A stretch of 64,000 nt of DNA, taken from Octopus sinensis (Eukaryota). The first letter of the stretch is position 1. Each line of letters opens with the position of its first letter. Both the position numbers and the translations under genes were made by a program. The notes under the pieces are model-generated. The model searched no databases and was not told where the DNA came from. It saw only the letters and a program-made list of their open reading frames with translations. Where the stretch lies: contig NC_043000.1 of the NCBI RefSeq assembly GCF_006345805.1, positions 46,562,001 through 46,626,000 on the forward strand, in the 5' to 3' direction. Shown in pieces: positions 1 to 12,552 of the stretch.

Positions 1-517
1 GACCTTACTGTGTATTGCCACATTCTCAGAGAAAAAACAGCATTAAGCAATAAAACCTATGTACATATTTGAACACATACCACGTTTGTGATTCATATTC
101 ATGGTTTTATTACTGTATGGCACTTTTAGAGAGATTGTTCGCAAGAATTTTTGGAGGAGAAAGTAATACTTTGAACAGTAACCGCTTTTTATGTTTCATA
201 TTTACAGTTTTACGAGAAATGAATATGATTTCTGACTGAGCAACAGCAAATGATCTTTTAGTTGGAAGTGAATGATATTCAATGTGTCATATCTTTTGCA
301 CAATAAAATCAACTTATTATTTATCGCTTGCCTTCAATGACGGTATTCAACAAGTTTCTTGCCAAAATCAAGCCTATAATTATCAGCTACATGCATACGT
401 ATAAATATACATACATATATATTTATAAATGTAATATACACACATACATACATATATAAATATATATAGATATGCACACATACACACACAAGCCAAATAT
501 ATACATTATGCATATAC

Positions 518-550
<33 letters not shown>

Positions 551-1307
551 TATATATATGCATATATATACATAGAAATATGTGTGTGTGTATATATATT
601 TATATAAATATATATAAAAATGTATATGTATATATAATATATATATCTATATATGTATGTATATATGTGTGTATGTATATATGTGTGTGTTTATATACAT
701 ATGTACACATGTGCATGTGTGTGTGTATATATGTATATATGTATATATGTGTATAAGCATGAATATAGGTGTATAGCTATGCATATGTCTACATATTTTT
801 CTGTGTGTGTGAATTACACCATGTTCTTCTCAAGTATTGCAAACAATCAGAGCTTCACTTTTTTCCCCCTGTATTTGTGTTTTGCTACAAGTTACCAATA
901 CTAGTTAAATACAAAAGATATATGCTATTATTTTGTTTTACATTGAAAGCATCAGAACAGAACATTGAAATACAGTGGACATAAGTTATTATACGTATGT
1001 ATTACTGGACAAATTTATGGTATGTAACTATTCACGTATGTATAAAATAGCAAAATTGTGTGTAAAAAATAGGGAAACCTCTGTTAATACGTTTCTTTTG
1101 AACATGCACGCTTGTATCTATTTAGTTTTCTAAAATGCATGTAAGCTGCTTGAAAATACGTTCAGCTGTTGGTGGTTTTGTATGTCTATATACGATTATA
1201 TATATTTATAAACTCTTACACAAAATCATATAAATACCCCCATGCATACAACTCATATACATACAGACATACACACACACACACACAACACACCACACCC
1301 ACACACA

Positions 1308-1339
<32 letters not shown>

Positions 1340-1662
1340 ATAATATATATAATATATATAATATATATATAATATATATATATACATTATATATATATAT
1401 ACATATATATATATACATATATACATATATATATATTATATATATATATACATATACATATATATATATATATATAATATATATATTATATATATATATA
1501 TTATATATACCATAGATATATATATATATATACACACACATATACATATATCCATATCTATATATATATTTATACAGGTACATTTCTATGCATGCATATA
1601 TATATATTTTCATACATATATATATTATATATAGTTATATGTATGTGTGTGTATGTACAAAA

Positions 1663-1693
<31 letters not shown>

Positions 1694-2232
1694 TATATAT
1701 ATATATACATATTTATTATATACATATACACATATATTCATATGTGTGTATGCACATACATATATACATACATATATATATGCACATATATCCACACACA
1801 CACATACATATGCACTTGCACTTACATATATGCATATATTCTGCTGCACAAAACATACTCATGATTGTTTGCATGTATTTATGTCAGTTCATCCATAAAT
1901 TATGGTTATTTATTACCTCCCCCTAGTTTCTACAGCATACATTTATGAATATGTTTATCACTTGTTTTGAAGTACTATCGATCTATTTTTGTTTTTTTCA
2001 AACCAACTTTAAAAAATATTTATGTTGTCTTTTCTTCTTATATGCCTCAAACCTGTAAACATACAGATTTTCTTTTAAAAAGCGTAATGTTTGTTTTTCT
2101 CCTAATACAACAGTAATAAATTGATGACAGTTCTCTTTTTATCAATTCTTTTTGATGATGGCACTGCTTCGTTGGTTCAGACAATTTTCAAATTTATCCT
2201 TAATGCTGAAACACATACACACACATCCGTAT

Positions 2233-2288
<56 letters not shown>

Positions 2289-2847
2289 GTATATATATAT
2301 ATATATATGCATATATATGTATATACACACACACACATATATATATAATATATATAGATAAATATATGTAAATATGTGTATGTATATATATATGTGTATA
2401 CATATCTATGCATATATAGGTATATATTTGTCTATACATGTGTATGTATATATGTGTGTGTATTTGTGTGTGTGTGCCTAATGTGCAAGTGTGTGAGAGA
2501 GATCATGTCCTTATGCATGTATGTGTATCCCTTAAGGAAGTTTTTAATTTCAAATCACAGGGACAGTCTGAGTTGACTGAAATTTTTCCTCTTTGTTATG
2601 TGATATATATGGGAGACTACTGTTTGTTCAATACATCATGCAGAATATCCCTCCAAGGATGATAGAATCCATTAGCAGACATTTCCTTCCTCTTCATATA
2701 AACTGACCATTCTAAATGAAGCCTACTGCAAGTGAATTTGCTTTGGTAAGGAGGAGACCTAACAAGATCAAAACATGTCCAGTTTAAATGTTAGCATCAA
2801 AGACAAGATCCAATACATACTTACAACAACAAATATACTTACTTGAT

Positions 2848-2894
<47 letters not shown>

Positions 2895-2898
2895 ATAT

Positions 2899-3804
2899 AG
2901 GTTCATCGCATAAATGATGTTTAATTTTAATTGCATGAACTAAAAGTCAGAGGGGGACGGGATAAACTAACTGCATCAACTTGCAATAAAAGCAGGTAAT
3001 AATTTTACCGTGTGATATTCCTAGTCTAAGTTTTAAAGAGTGCAGTTCGATTTTAACAGTTATATTTCCAAAGTTATAATGGAAGGACAAAGGAGAATAT
3101 TCAGCTTATTTTGTTCTATGAGTTCTATAAAGGCAACAACACAATGGAAAGTGCAAGGTATATTAATGCTGTATATTGGGATCAGGCAATAAGCATAAGC
3201 CAAGTTCAACGGTGATTCCAGAAATTCTGAGCTGCAAACTGCAGCCTAGAAGATGAGCCTCATCCTGGAAGATCTTTAGAGTTTGATGAGGACATCCTGC
3301 AAACCCTGGTGGAAGAAAATCCCAACGTAGCTGTCGAGGAACTAGCAGAGAAGCTTGGATTTTGTCATTCAACCATTCATCAACACCTACGCTAGAAGAA
3401 AAATGACCGTTTTTGGTTTTAAGATGAAAGGCTTCTTCCATCAGGATAATACTCAGTCATACATGGCAAGGATGTCATTCCAAAGACTGGGGCAGTTTGA
3501 ATGAGAAACGATGCCCCACCGAACATGTTCACTGGATATTACCCTAGCTGATTATCATTTATTCCACAGTCTTCAAAATCATTTGGATGGAAAAAATATG
3601 AATTCTGTAGTCAATGTCAGAAGAGTACTGGTGGAGTATTTTTCATCATAGACAAATGAATTTTGCAAGTCTATGAGATAGATAAAAGAGCATTGTAGAA
3701 AACGAAGGAGTGTATGTGTTTAGATTAAAAATAAATTTTGTTTATCTTAATTTTGAAAACTAAAAGAAGTATAAAAAAACTGTATTATTTATGGCATGAC
3801 CCAG
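2899..3804 (+). mobile_element. Internally deleted mariner transposon with both TIRs and a decayed transposase
   Basis: Left end ggttcatcgcataaatgat matches the reverse complement of right end attatttatggcatgacc, with TA flanks. From ATG 3079 a frameshifted HTH region reads ILFYEFYKGNN..LEDEPHPGRSLEFDEDILQTLVEENP..ELAEKLGFCHSTIHQHL. A C-terminal part reads HQDNTQSY..ADYHLFHSLQNHLDGK. The middle of the DDD domain is missing. Confidence 0.9.
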
Positions 3805-3805
3805 T

Positions 3806-3844
<39 letters not shown>

Positions 3845-3848
<4 letters not shown>

Positions 3849-4051
3849 ATCCAAACAAGAAACACAAAAAAACACAACAACGCGAGGACGTGGAACAAAT
3901 ATAGTACTATTGGACGCTCAGGAAAGAAGGGAAGAAAGAGGGTTTAACGTTTCGAGCGGAGCTCTTTGTCGGAAACATAGGAGAAGGAAAGATCTCAGAG
4001 AAGGGAAGACAGAGGAAAAAAAATCGCCAACGGTACACACGAGGTCACATT

Positions 4052-4089
<38 letters not shown>

Positions 4090-4170
4090 TTTCCTAAGCG
4101 TCCAATAATACTATATTTGTTCCACGTCCTCGCGTTGTTGTGTTTTTTGTGCTTTCTTGTTTGGATTAAC
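3845..4170 (-). mobile_element. Short non-autonomous PLE-like element with a degenerate minimal hammerhead and an inverted partial duplicate
   Basis: 3845-4056 matches 56694-56878 in reverse orientation. 4087-4170 is the reverse complement of 3845-3927. Minus-strand 3976-3942 reads gttt-ccgacaa-a-gagc-tcc-gctc-gaaa-cgtt-aaac. Confidence 0.7.
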
Positions 4171-4180
4171 TTTATATATA

Positions 4181-4969
4181 TATTGTATAGAGGGCATTAT
4201 TACACATAAATGCCACACGCTAGGAGGGACTCTTAAAGTCATAACTACCACATATAAACACATTGTACCGAATGCAATTCTCAAAGCGAGTCATTTAAAA
4301 ACAGAATTTAGCTCCCTATCACCTGTGATTTCGCAATTAACGTGTTATATGCGTCCCCTGCTCTTCAGTGAAGCGAATCCAAAATATATCATAAATAAAC
4401 AAAAGCATCATACCAGGTGGACAACCGTCGCCATCATCGTAGTATATGGAAGTGTTTAGCCATCATACATTTATGTAAATGGCGGGCTCTTTTGAATTGC
4501 ATTTCAGGAAACAATGTGCTTTTTCGGAACAAATTTAAAAAATAGGATAAAATCTTAATAAGAAATCTTAACAAGAAATTATCAAGTAGTTAGCATGAGA
4601 AACCTCAGAAGAGAAAAAAACTGTAAAATTTTTTCTTTGAAAATATTTATTTATATTGTATAGAGGGCATTATTACACATAAATGCCACACGCTAGGAGG
4701 GACTCTTAAAGTCATAACTACCACATATAAACACATCGTACCGAATGCAATTCTCAAAGCGAGTCATTTATATATGGTAGTTATGACTTTAAGAGTCCCT
4801 CCTAGCGTGTGGAATTTATATGTAATAATGTCCTCTATACAATATAAATAAATATTTTCAAAGAAAAAAAATTTATAGTTTTTTTTTCTTATGAGGTTTT
4901 TCACACTAACTACTTGATAATTTTTTGTTAAGATTTCTTATTAAGATTTTATCCTATTTTTTAAATTTA
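4181..4969 (-). mobile_element. Retrozyme-like element: 473-bp unit, 117-bp second copy, then an inverted copy of about 200 bp
   Basis: 4181-4297 repeats at 4654-4770 with one difference seen. 4771-4969 is a diverged reverse complement of about 4532-4728. An HHR lies at 4311-4374 on the minus strand. Confidence 0.7.
4311..4374 (-). ncRNA. Type I hammerhead ribozyme
   Basis: Minus strand: GCUUC-a CUGAAGA GCA..UGC GAAA UCAC-ag-GUGA-UA g-GGAGC. Core intact, stem III 5 bp, stem I 5 bp with an A.G mismatch next to the core. Confidence 0.7.
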
Positions 4970-4982
4970 TATATATATATAT

Positions 4983-5093
<111 letters not shown>

Positions 5094-6179
5094 TTTTAAG
5101 AGACAGAATCACCGTCAAGCAACTCAATCATCATTGAATAACATTATCCACAATAGGCACATATAGGACTAAATATTAAAATTATCAAAATTAATACCGA
5201 CAATTCTTATTCCAAATTATCAAAATTAATAACTTCAATTCTTATTTCAAATCATATACATAACTACACAGGTTTCATGACAACATATTCCTCAATATTG
5301 CTGAAATAGAATGTTCTAAATACAATACCATATTAAAATGATTATATTGCCAATCTTCAGGTCAAGCATATATGAACTTATTTTGCTATTTACATCCTAT
5401 ATAAAGACATGACAAACAAAAACTATATAACTAGAAGTTGTTGAAATAATTTTACTTTAGTAAATAATGAACAGAAATGTGGAATAAAAGTAGGAAAATG
5501 AAATGTTAGTAAAAAGAAATGTTAACTTATCTGTATGGTAATTTTCTCTCCATGAATTAAACATGGCTACCAACAGTCGTATAATTCAAAATTGAGAGCT
5601 ACTTTTTGGGAGAGATAATTCTTATTAACATTTAAAAGTTCTTAAAAAGTATTTTCTATTATTTATAATAATAAATCAGAAGCCAGAAGTGAGTGTATGA
5701 TGGGCATAGTCTTTTTTTTCTGGTTAATTTATTTTATTCATAGGTTAACTTTGATAAATAATAAATTTCTAGGTCGGTAAATAGGTAAACTAAATAACTC
5801 AACTTATAAATTTAAAATATTCAAAATATTTTGAAATAAGTAAAAGTCAGTAAAAATTAGTAAAAATCTAATTTTTTATTATTTTTATAATTATAATACA
5901 ATTAATCTATATTGATTATACTATTATTTTTAAAATTGACATTATTCTTGAAATTGAGTTTCTAAATTAAGATTTAAAATTTAGAATAATGCTATCTAAT
6001 ATTATACTATAAATTTCTATTAAGAAACTAAAATATCTGAAATTAGAAGTTAATTAAATATCATCTTACATTTATGTATAAATAGGTAGATATATTCTAG
6101 TTATACTAAATAATAAAATAAGATTATACATTATATCTAAGTATTATGATTAAATTTTATTTGATTTAAAATTATTGTG

Positions 6180-6690
6180 AGGCCCAACGTCTGAAGTTTT
6201 TTGTCACCACTTTGCCCCATCCTGAGTGTAGCCCTTCCTCACGTTCCCTCCACAATTAGAGATCAGCACTTCTTGATGCAGCTGTCCTCAACAATACACA
6301 TCACATGGCCATACCAGCTCAGTCTTCTCTTTTGCACACTACATATGATGCCTTGTATATCCAAGGTTTGTCTCAAACCACTTACACAGTTCATGTACAC
6401 TGACATTATTCATCCAGTGCAGCATGGTGGTTTCATTCCTATCAAGCCTTCACATGTCCTCCCTAGTCACAACCTATGTCTCTCTGCCATGTATGTTCAT
6501 ATGCATACATCCTACTTTTGACTCTGAGTAAGAGGCCATTTGTTACTAATAGAAGTAGTAGCTCTCTGAACTTTGAACTACTTCCTCTACAGCTTAAGTA
6601 ATGGAAACTGTCTACTACTTCTAAGGATCCTCTCAGACATTTGAAGGAATCTGTTTTCTAAACATTCCTGATGTACCTGCACATCTTATT
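6180..6690 (-). mobile_element. RTE-clade LINE, decayed C-terminal RT region
   Basis: Minus-strand translation resembles the RTE C-terminus, including LSWYGHVM and KKC*SLIVEGT..GR...GWGKVVTK. Confidence 0.75.
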
Positions 6691-6692
6691 TC

Positions 6693-7100
6693 TTTACTGC
6701 CCACAAGGTGCTACACATAGAAGGGACAAACAAGGACAGACAAACGGATTAAGTCGATTATATCGACCTCAGTGCATAACTGGTACTTATTTAATCGACC
6801 TGAAAGGATGAAAGGCAAAGTCGACCTCGGAGGAATTTGAACTCAGGACATAGCGCCAGAGGAAATACCTATTTCTTTACTACCCACAAGGAGCTAAACA
6901 TAGAAGGGACAAACAAGGACAGACAAAGGGATTAAGTCGATTACATCGACCCCAGTGCGTAACTGGTACTTAATTTATCGATCCCGAAAGGATGAAAGGC
7001 AAAGTTGACCTCAGCAGAATTTGAACTCAGAATGTCACAGCAGACGAAATACCGCTAAGCATTTCGCCTGGTGTGCTAACGTTTCTGCCAGCTCACTGCC
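6693..7100 (-). mobile_element. Two tandem copies of a tRNA-related SINE (family B here)
   Basis: 6693-6860 and 6871-7100 match 24855-25082, 31380-31550, 32830-33020, 34555-34770, 42380-42580, 50405-50620 and 51465-51680. The sense strand has a B-box-like gagttcaaattcc and the block gcctttcatcctttcggg..gataaattaagtacc. Confidence 0.85.
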
Positions 7101-7833
7101 TGCACATCTGCCACATATAATGATGTTGCCCTTCATGTTCATGCCCAAAGGTGAACTCCTCTACAGCTGGTCTGAAATTTTCATTCCAATGAAAGTACAG
7201 GAGCAGAATTGATCCTGGTATGATTCTTCATTATGTGCTATATTTCTCACAAAATATCTACAGTAAAATTATGACTAGGTAGTCATGGGAAAACTCATGG
7301 CAGAAATGCTACACAAACTTGTTAGAAGCATATATCTGCAATAGGAGAGTGGTTAAGCTTGAAATCAAGTCAGCAAATATTGTGTGTATAACATCAACAA
7401 AACAACTTCACAACAACTGGAATAAATTTTAGGGTCAGGTATTCAGGAATGATTAGTTACTGGATCTCTACATGGTTCCAGTAAAGCCCATTTTAGACTA
7501 AAGCTGACATGTAAGTTTCAAAACTAGCAAAAAGGAAACAAGAAAAAAGTGAATAGATCTTCATTTGTTTGGAAAAAAAAACACTCAGTTGATATCTTAA
7601 CTTAACTGAAATTAGTGTAAAAGTGACTGAGTAGTCCGCAGATAGGGATACTGTTAATATATTCCACAGCCGAATCATTGTGTACAATAGTGTGTGCTGG
7701 GTGCTTTTAATGTGGCACTGACACTGGACTCTTGAAGGCTGATCCACTTCACCAGGAGATACAGCCTTAACACTTCTGCTGTGGAGGACAGGTCTTCTTA
7801 TATATACATACATAAATACATACACACATACAT

Positions 7834-7865
<32 letters not shown>

Positions 7866-7886
7866 TATATATATATATATATATAG

Positions 7887-7923
<37 letters not shown>

Positions 7924-7960
7924 ATATATATATACATACATATATATATATATATATATA

Positions 7961-7994
<34 letters not shown>

Positions 7995-9025
7995 TATATG
8001 TATGTGCACATGTATATATATTTGTATATGTATCTCTCTTTCTATTTCTTTTTTGTTTCTACACACACACATACGCACACACACATATACACACACATAT
8101 GTATGCATGTATGTCTACAAACAGGCTCACAACAAAATAGATTTCTTATCATGGTTTCTCCCAAACAATAAGAAAAAAGAAAAAGAAGAAAAGAAAAGAA
8201 TGAGCATCAGAAATGTATCTAATCAGAAAGAAAATATATACATTATAAAGAAACTACAATTGTATCTTGTAAGAAAGCAGGTATAATCCTATTAAATTGT
8301 AAGCAGATGAGTATGATAGCTGGTTTAACACATTGCTAAATATTTAATACCAAACCAAACTGAACAAAGAGAAATCATAATTTCTGCTTTGTATGTCGGA
8401 AAAGTTTTGACAGCCCGTTGGTTAGCTGGAACAAAAATTATATTCAGTGGAATATTGCAAATATTTTGAAATTAAACTTTGTCTCATATAAATAACTGTT
8501 CATGGTTGGCCATCTTTCGCTTATTATTTACACAATATTTCTCTTTCTTTCTGTCTTTCTTCTTTTTCTTCTCTCTCTCTCTCTCTGGGTGTTCTATTTA
8601 TTTTTATTGATATTTACATTGTTATTATTTAGTTTGTGTGCTTTTTATTAATTCTGTTTTTTTTTTTTTCCTATTCTGTCTTCTTCTTTCATAAGGCATA
8701 CTTGGATGAAGCCACTGTAAATATCCTATTTGAGAAATGTATTTGCATAAAACAATATATCTGATCTATAGTGAGCGATATGTGAAACCCTTTTATTTAT
8801 TTATGATATATACACCTACACACACGCACACACCTACACACATATATACTGTGATAAGAAATCTGTTTTGTTGTGTGCCTGCTTGTAATTGTATGTGTGT
8901 ATGTGTGCTTGTATGTGTGTGTAAATAAATGAATAAATATATATATGTATATAACATATACACCCATGCATACACACACATACACATATGCATACACATA
9001 CACACACAACATATATATATATATA

Positions 9026-9087
<62 letters not shown>

Positions 9088-9279
9088 TTTAATCAATAAT
9101 TTTTGTTCACTGAACTAAATAAATGGTGGTGGGTCTGCAATTACAGTTTGTTGATGTTTGTTTAGATGAGAAAGAAAGGGAAGAAAGAAAGAAAGGAAAG
9201 AAATGAATTGCAACATTCTTTCTTTTCTTTCTTTTTGCTTGCTTTCTTGTATTGTTGTTGTTGTTGTAGTTCTTGCTGT

Positions 9280-9322
9280 TGCTGCTGTCGTTGTTACTAC
9301 TACTACTACTACTACTACTACA

Positions 9323-9357
<35 letters not shown>

Positions 9358-9364
9358 CACAACC

Positions 9365-9395
<31 letters not shown>

Positions 9396-9400
9396 TTATT
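9280..9400. repeat. (TAC)n/(CAC)n trinucleotide tract
   Basis: Direct reading; it explains the poly-T, poly-Y, poly-L and poly-V ORFs. Confidence 0.95.
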
Positions 9401-9746
9401 TCAGTTGTTGTTGTTGGTTTTGTTGCCTGTAGTCATTATTCTTATTCCTGGTTTCATATCTTAACGAATTCAAAAGAAGCAGAGAAAAAGGTTTACTTCT
9501 TTTCATGAGCAGACATATTGCAAGAGGTGAAATAAAATGTTCATTCCTTGCAGAAGAATGGGTTTTGTGCACTGAAGATTCCTCAGAAGACCTTTCAAAC
9601 ATCTTAACAACAGTTTGTTTGTTTGCTTTTGGTCCTTCTATATATCAGATTACAGATTTATTCAAGTTGAATGAAAAATATGCATTTGCATGATCTGTAA
9701 TTGTGTGTAAATATATAAATAAATAAATAAATAAATAATATATACA

Positions 9747-9872
<126 letters not shown>

Positions 9873-10399
9873 ATATATATATGCATAAATACATATATAT
9901 ATGTATATATGTGTGTGTGTATGTATGTATGTTTATCCCTATTATAAAATAATCTTTGTTCTGATTTCATTGACATCATATCTCTGATGGAGCCTACAAT
10001 GCAGAGCTAGTTTTTTTTTATTAAGGCTCAAGTTATGATGAAGGAATGGGACTTAAAGCAGATCAGGTTTGAAGTTATCTGCAGCTTATTACAGATTTAG
10101 TGATTTCATTTACATATTTTCAGTCAAGTCCAATAACCTATTGGATTATTAATATATATCAATACATATTTATAGTTCTTTGGTGATACATTGGTTGCTA
10201 AACTACTTTCTTTTCAGATTTCCAAACCATTAGAGTATAAACCAACTAGATGTTTTCAGTTTTGTTATTGTTCTACAAAAGTTCTGACTGAACAGAGTTT
10301 TGTCCACTCGTGTTTCAGCCATGACCATCCTGCCTTTTATTCAGACACAATACAACTAGAGCTGCATTATTCTTCTATTTTCAAGGCAATAAAGTGTGA

Positions 10400-10800
10400 T
10401 TCAGATTGCTTCATGGTTCCAGTAGACAAAATACACATGGTGTTGCCCCAGAGGATGGCAAAAGAAAAGCACTAGCACAATCTCTCTGACTCATGGGGCT
10501 TTCACTTGCAGATAGCCATCTCCACTCCAATAGTGTTGAACAAGGATATGATCCAGAGGCCAAGAATGCTGAGAAGAGCATAGTGTCAAAGTATCAGTTA
10601 TTCTCTGACTGGTTTGTGGTTGAGCCCATAACAGTGGAGACCTCCAGCATTCTTGGCCCTTGGATCATATCCCTGCTCACTGCTGTCAGGGCAGAAATGA
10701 CTGTCTGCAAGTGCAAATCCTGTAAGTCAGAATGTCTGTTTCAGCACATCTCCCTCACCATCCTCCAGGAGAACACCTTTTCTGTTTTGTCTACTGGGAC
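10400..10800 (+). mobile_element. 3' fragment of a REL-endonuclease non-LTR retrotransposon (CRE/NeSL/HERO-like)
   Basis: ORF 10493-10840 contains SLADSHL..SKYQ..EPITVETSSILGP..LFQHISLTILQENTFSV. This fits the K-KY / P-AVET-G-LG / LFQRIS-A-QRGN pattern of restriction-like endonuclease C-termini. Confidence 0.75.
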
Positions 10801-12164
10801 CGTGAGATGGTCTGAATTACAGGAAATCAAGAGAATGTGAGAATTTTATAGTTTAGTAGACTGAAAAGTAAATAAATGTAATACATAACTGTGACCTAAT
10901 ACCCAATATTATTAATGAAGTGTGATTTAAAGGAATACAACTTAAGCTTAGCAGGTGTCATATAAAGAATCTATCATAAACCCTTATCAATAAATAACTG
11001 TGTTCCAACTATTAATTGAGAAACTTCTTTTGAGGTTTTCAGCTGGGTTATAATGATAGGATAACTTACCATGTTGTCAATTATATTTTTACTTGTTTGG
11101 ATTAAATACACATATAAATAATGTAACAAATGTTAACTTCTGATTTTTTATTTTTTAATGATCTGGTCTAGAATCTATGAGGCTCATGTCAGTAGTAACA
11201 CACACAATAGTTTTTTTAGGTAATGTAATGGACTTTTGAAAAATATTATCCTCCTCACTAAATTTGGCACAGAATTTGACAAAGAAATGATTAACATATT
11301 CACCTTAAAATTTTGTAATTTTCGGAGATATCTAATGATACAGTACATTTATATTAGATTCCATAAATTAAAAATTCCTTAGGAAGTAAAGAATAAGCAA
11401 CTCATTATTAGGTAGCTTATCTATAGGCATTTATTTAAAGCAAAAATACTTGTATAGCTGTAAGTAAAGCTTCTGTAAGAGGTTATTCTGAAAACTGAAA
11501 TATTGAGACACACTGACTGAAAAGTTCACTATCAATGGTCTTGAGAAAGTGGCTGTGCAGTGACCTTTGCAGGCCCTTTAAGATTGGTGAGATTACTGAG
11601 GCTAATGTTCATTATGAACAACTGCAAGATGATGGCTGTGAAAAAAATTATGAGCAGGGTGGGAATTCCAGAAGGGTAACATTTAAATATAAAATATATA
11701 CTGGACCTGACAAAAGATATATATTGGGTTATTATTTGAAAATTATCTTAACAATTTTAATAAAGATTTCTTAATTTTGATAGAAGGTCAAAACATATTG
11801 GTGCTTATAAATGTGTTGGAAAGGAAGTGATCTTTTAAATCAGCTTTATTTCTTGAGTAGAACTTATTTTATCAATTCCTGAAAAATGAAAGGCAAAGCT
11901 GAGTACAACAGGAATTGAATGCAATTAACACCATAATTGTGACACATATATAAGCATTTCTAATTTGTAGCTCTGAAATCCCATATGATTGTTTAAGATG
12001 TATATAAACATCCCTGTGATTTCACAACACAATGAGTAGATCATATACAAGTGTCTCCAGGATTTTGCAGCAGTCTGTGAGTGACACATGTATGTGCCAC
12101 TGGGATTTCATTGCTATAGACATGTTTATATACATTTGTGGTATGAACAGTGTTAAATGTTACA

Positions 12165-12552
12165 TGGTGGAGGTGCAATGGCCCAGTGGTTAGGGCAGCG
12201 GACTCGCGGTCGTAGGATCGCGGTTTTGATTCCCAGACCGGGCGTTGTGAGTGTTTATTGAGCAAAAGCACCTAAAGCTCCACGAGGCTCAAGCAGGGGA
12301 TGGTGGTGATCCCTGCTGTACTCTTTCACCACAACTTTCTCTCACTCTTACTTCCTGTTTCTGTTGTACCTGTATTTCATAGGGCCGGCCTTGTCACTCT
12401 CTGTGTCACGCTAAACATCCCCGAGAACTACGTTAAGGGTACACGTGTCTGTGGAGTGCTCAGCCACTTACACGTTAATTTCACGAGCAGGCTGTTCCGT
12501 TGATTCGGATCAACCGGAACCCTCGTCGTCGTAACCGACGGAGTGCTTCCAA
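12165..12552 (+). mobile_element. tRNA-Arg-like SINE (family D, tail type 1), well preserved
   Basis: A box tggcccagtggtt, anticodon-like arm gcgga-ctcgcgg-tcgt, B-box-like ggttttgattccc. The central block tactctttcaccacaactttctctcactctt is shared with 27145-27448 and 37085-37379. Confidence 0.85.

Noticed and set aside
334-2662. Numerous YIYI/CVCV/HTHT ORFs here and throughout the window
   Set aside because: They are translations of (TA)n and (CA)n microsatellites, not genes.
5095-6178. Mitochondrial insertion (NUMT)
   Set aside because: No recognisable mitochondrial gene, tRNA or rRNA motif by eye; AT richness alone is not enough.
9115-9508. Poly-V, poly-T, poly-Y and poly-L ORFs suggesting a mucin-like protein
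   Set aside because: All frames are open only because of a (TAC)n tract; there is no flanking coding signal.
11535-11774. Non-repetitive ORF and possible exon (several frames open on both strands)
   Set aside because: No recognisable homology and no consistent pair of strong splice sites.
12165-12245. Functional tRNA genes at SINE heads (also 40900-40965)
   Set aside because: Acceptor stems are incomplete and each head runs into a repeated SINE body.
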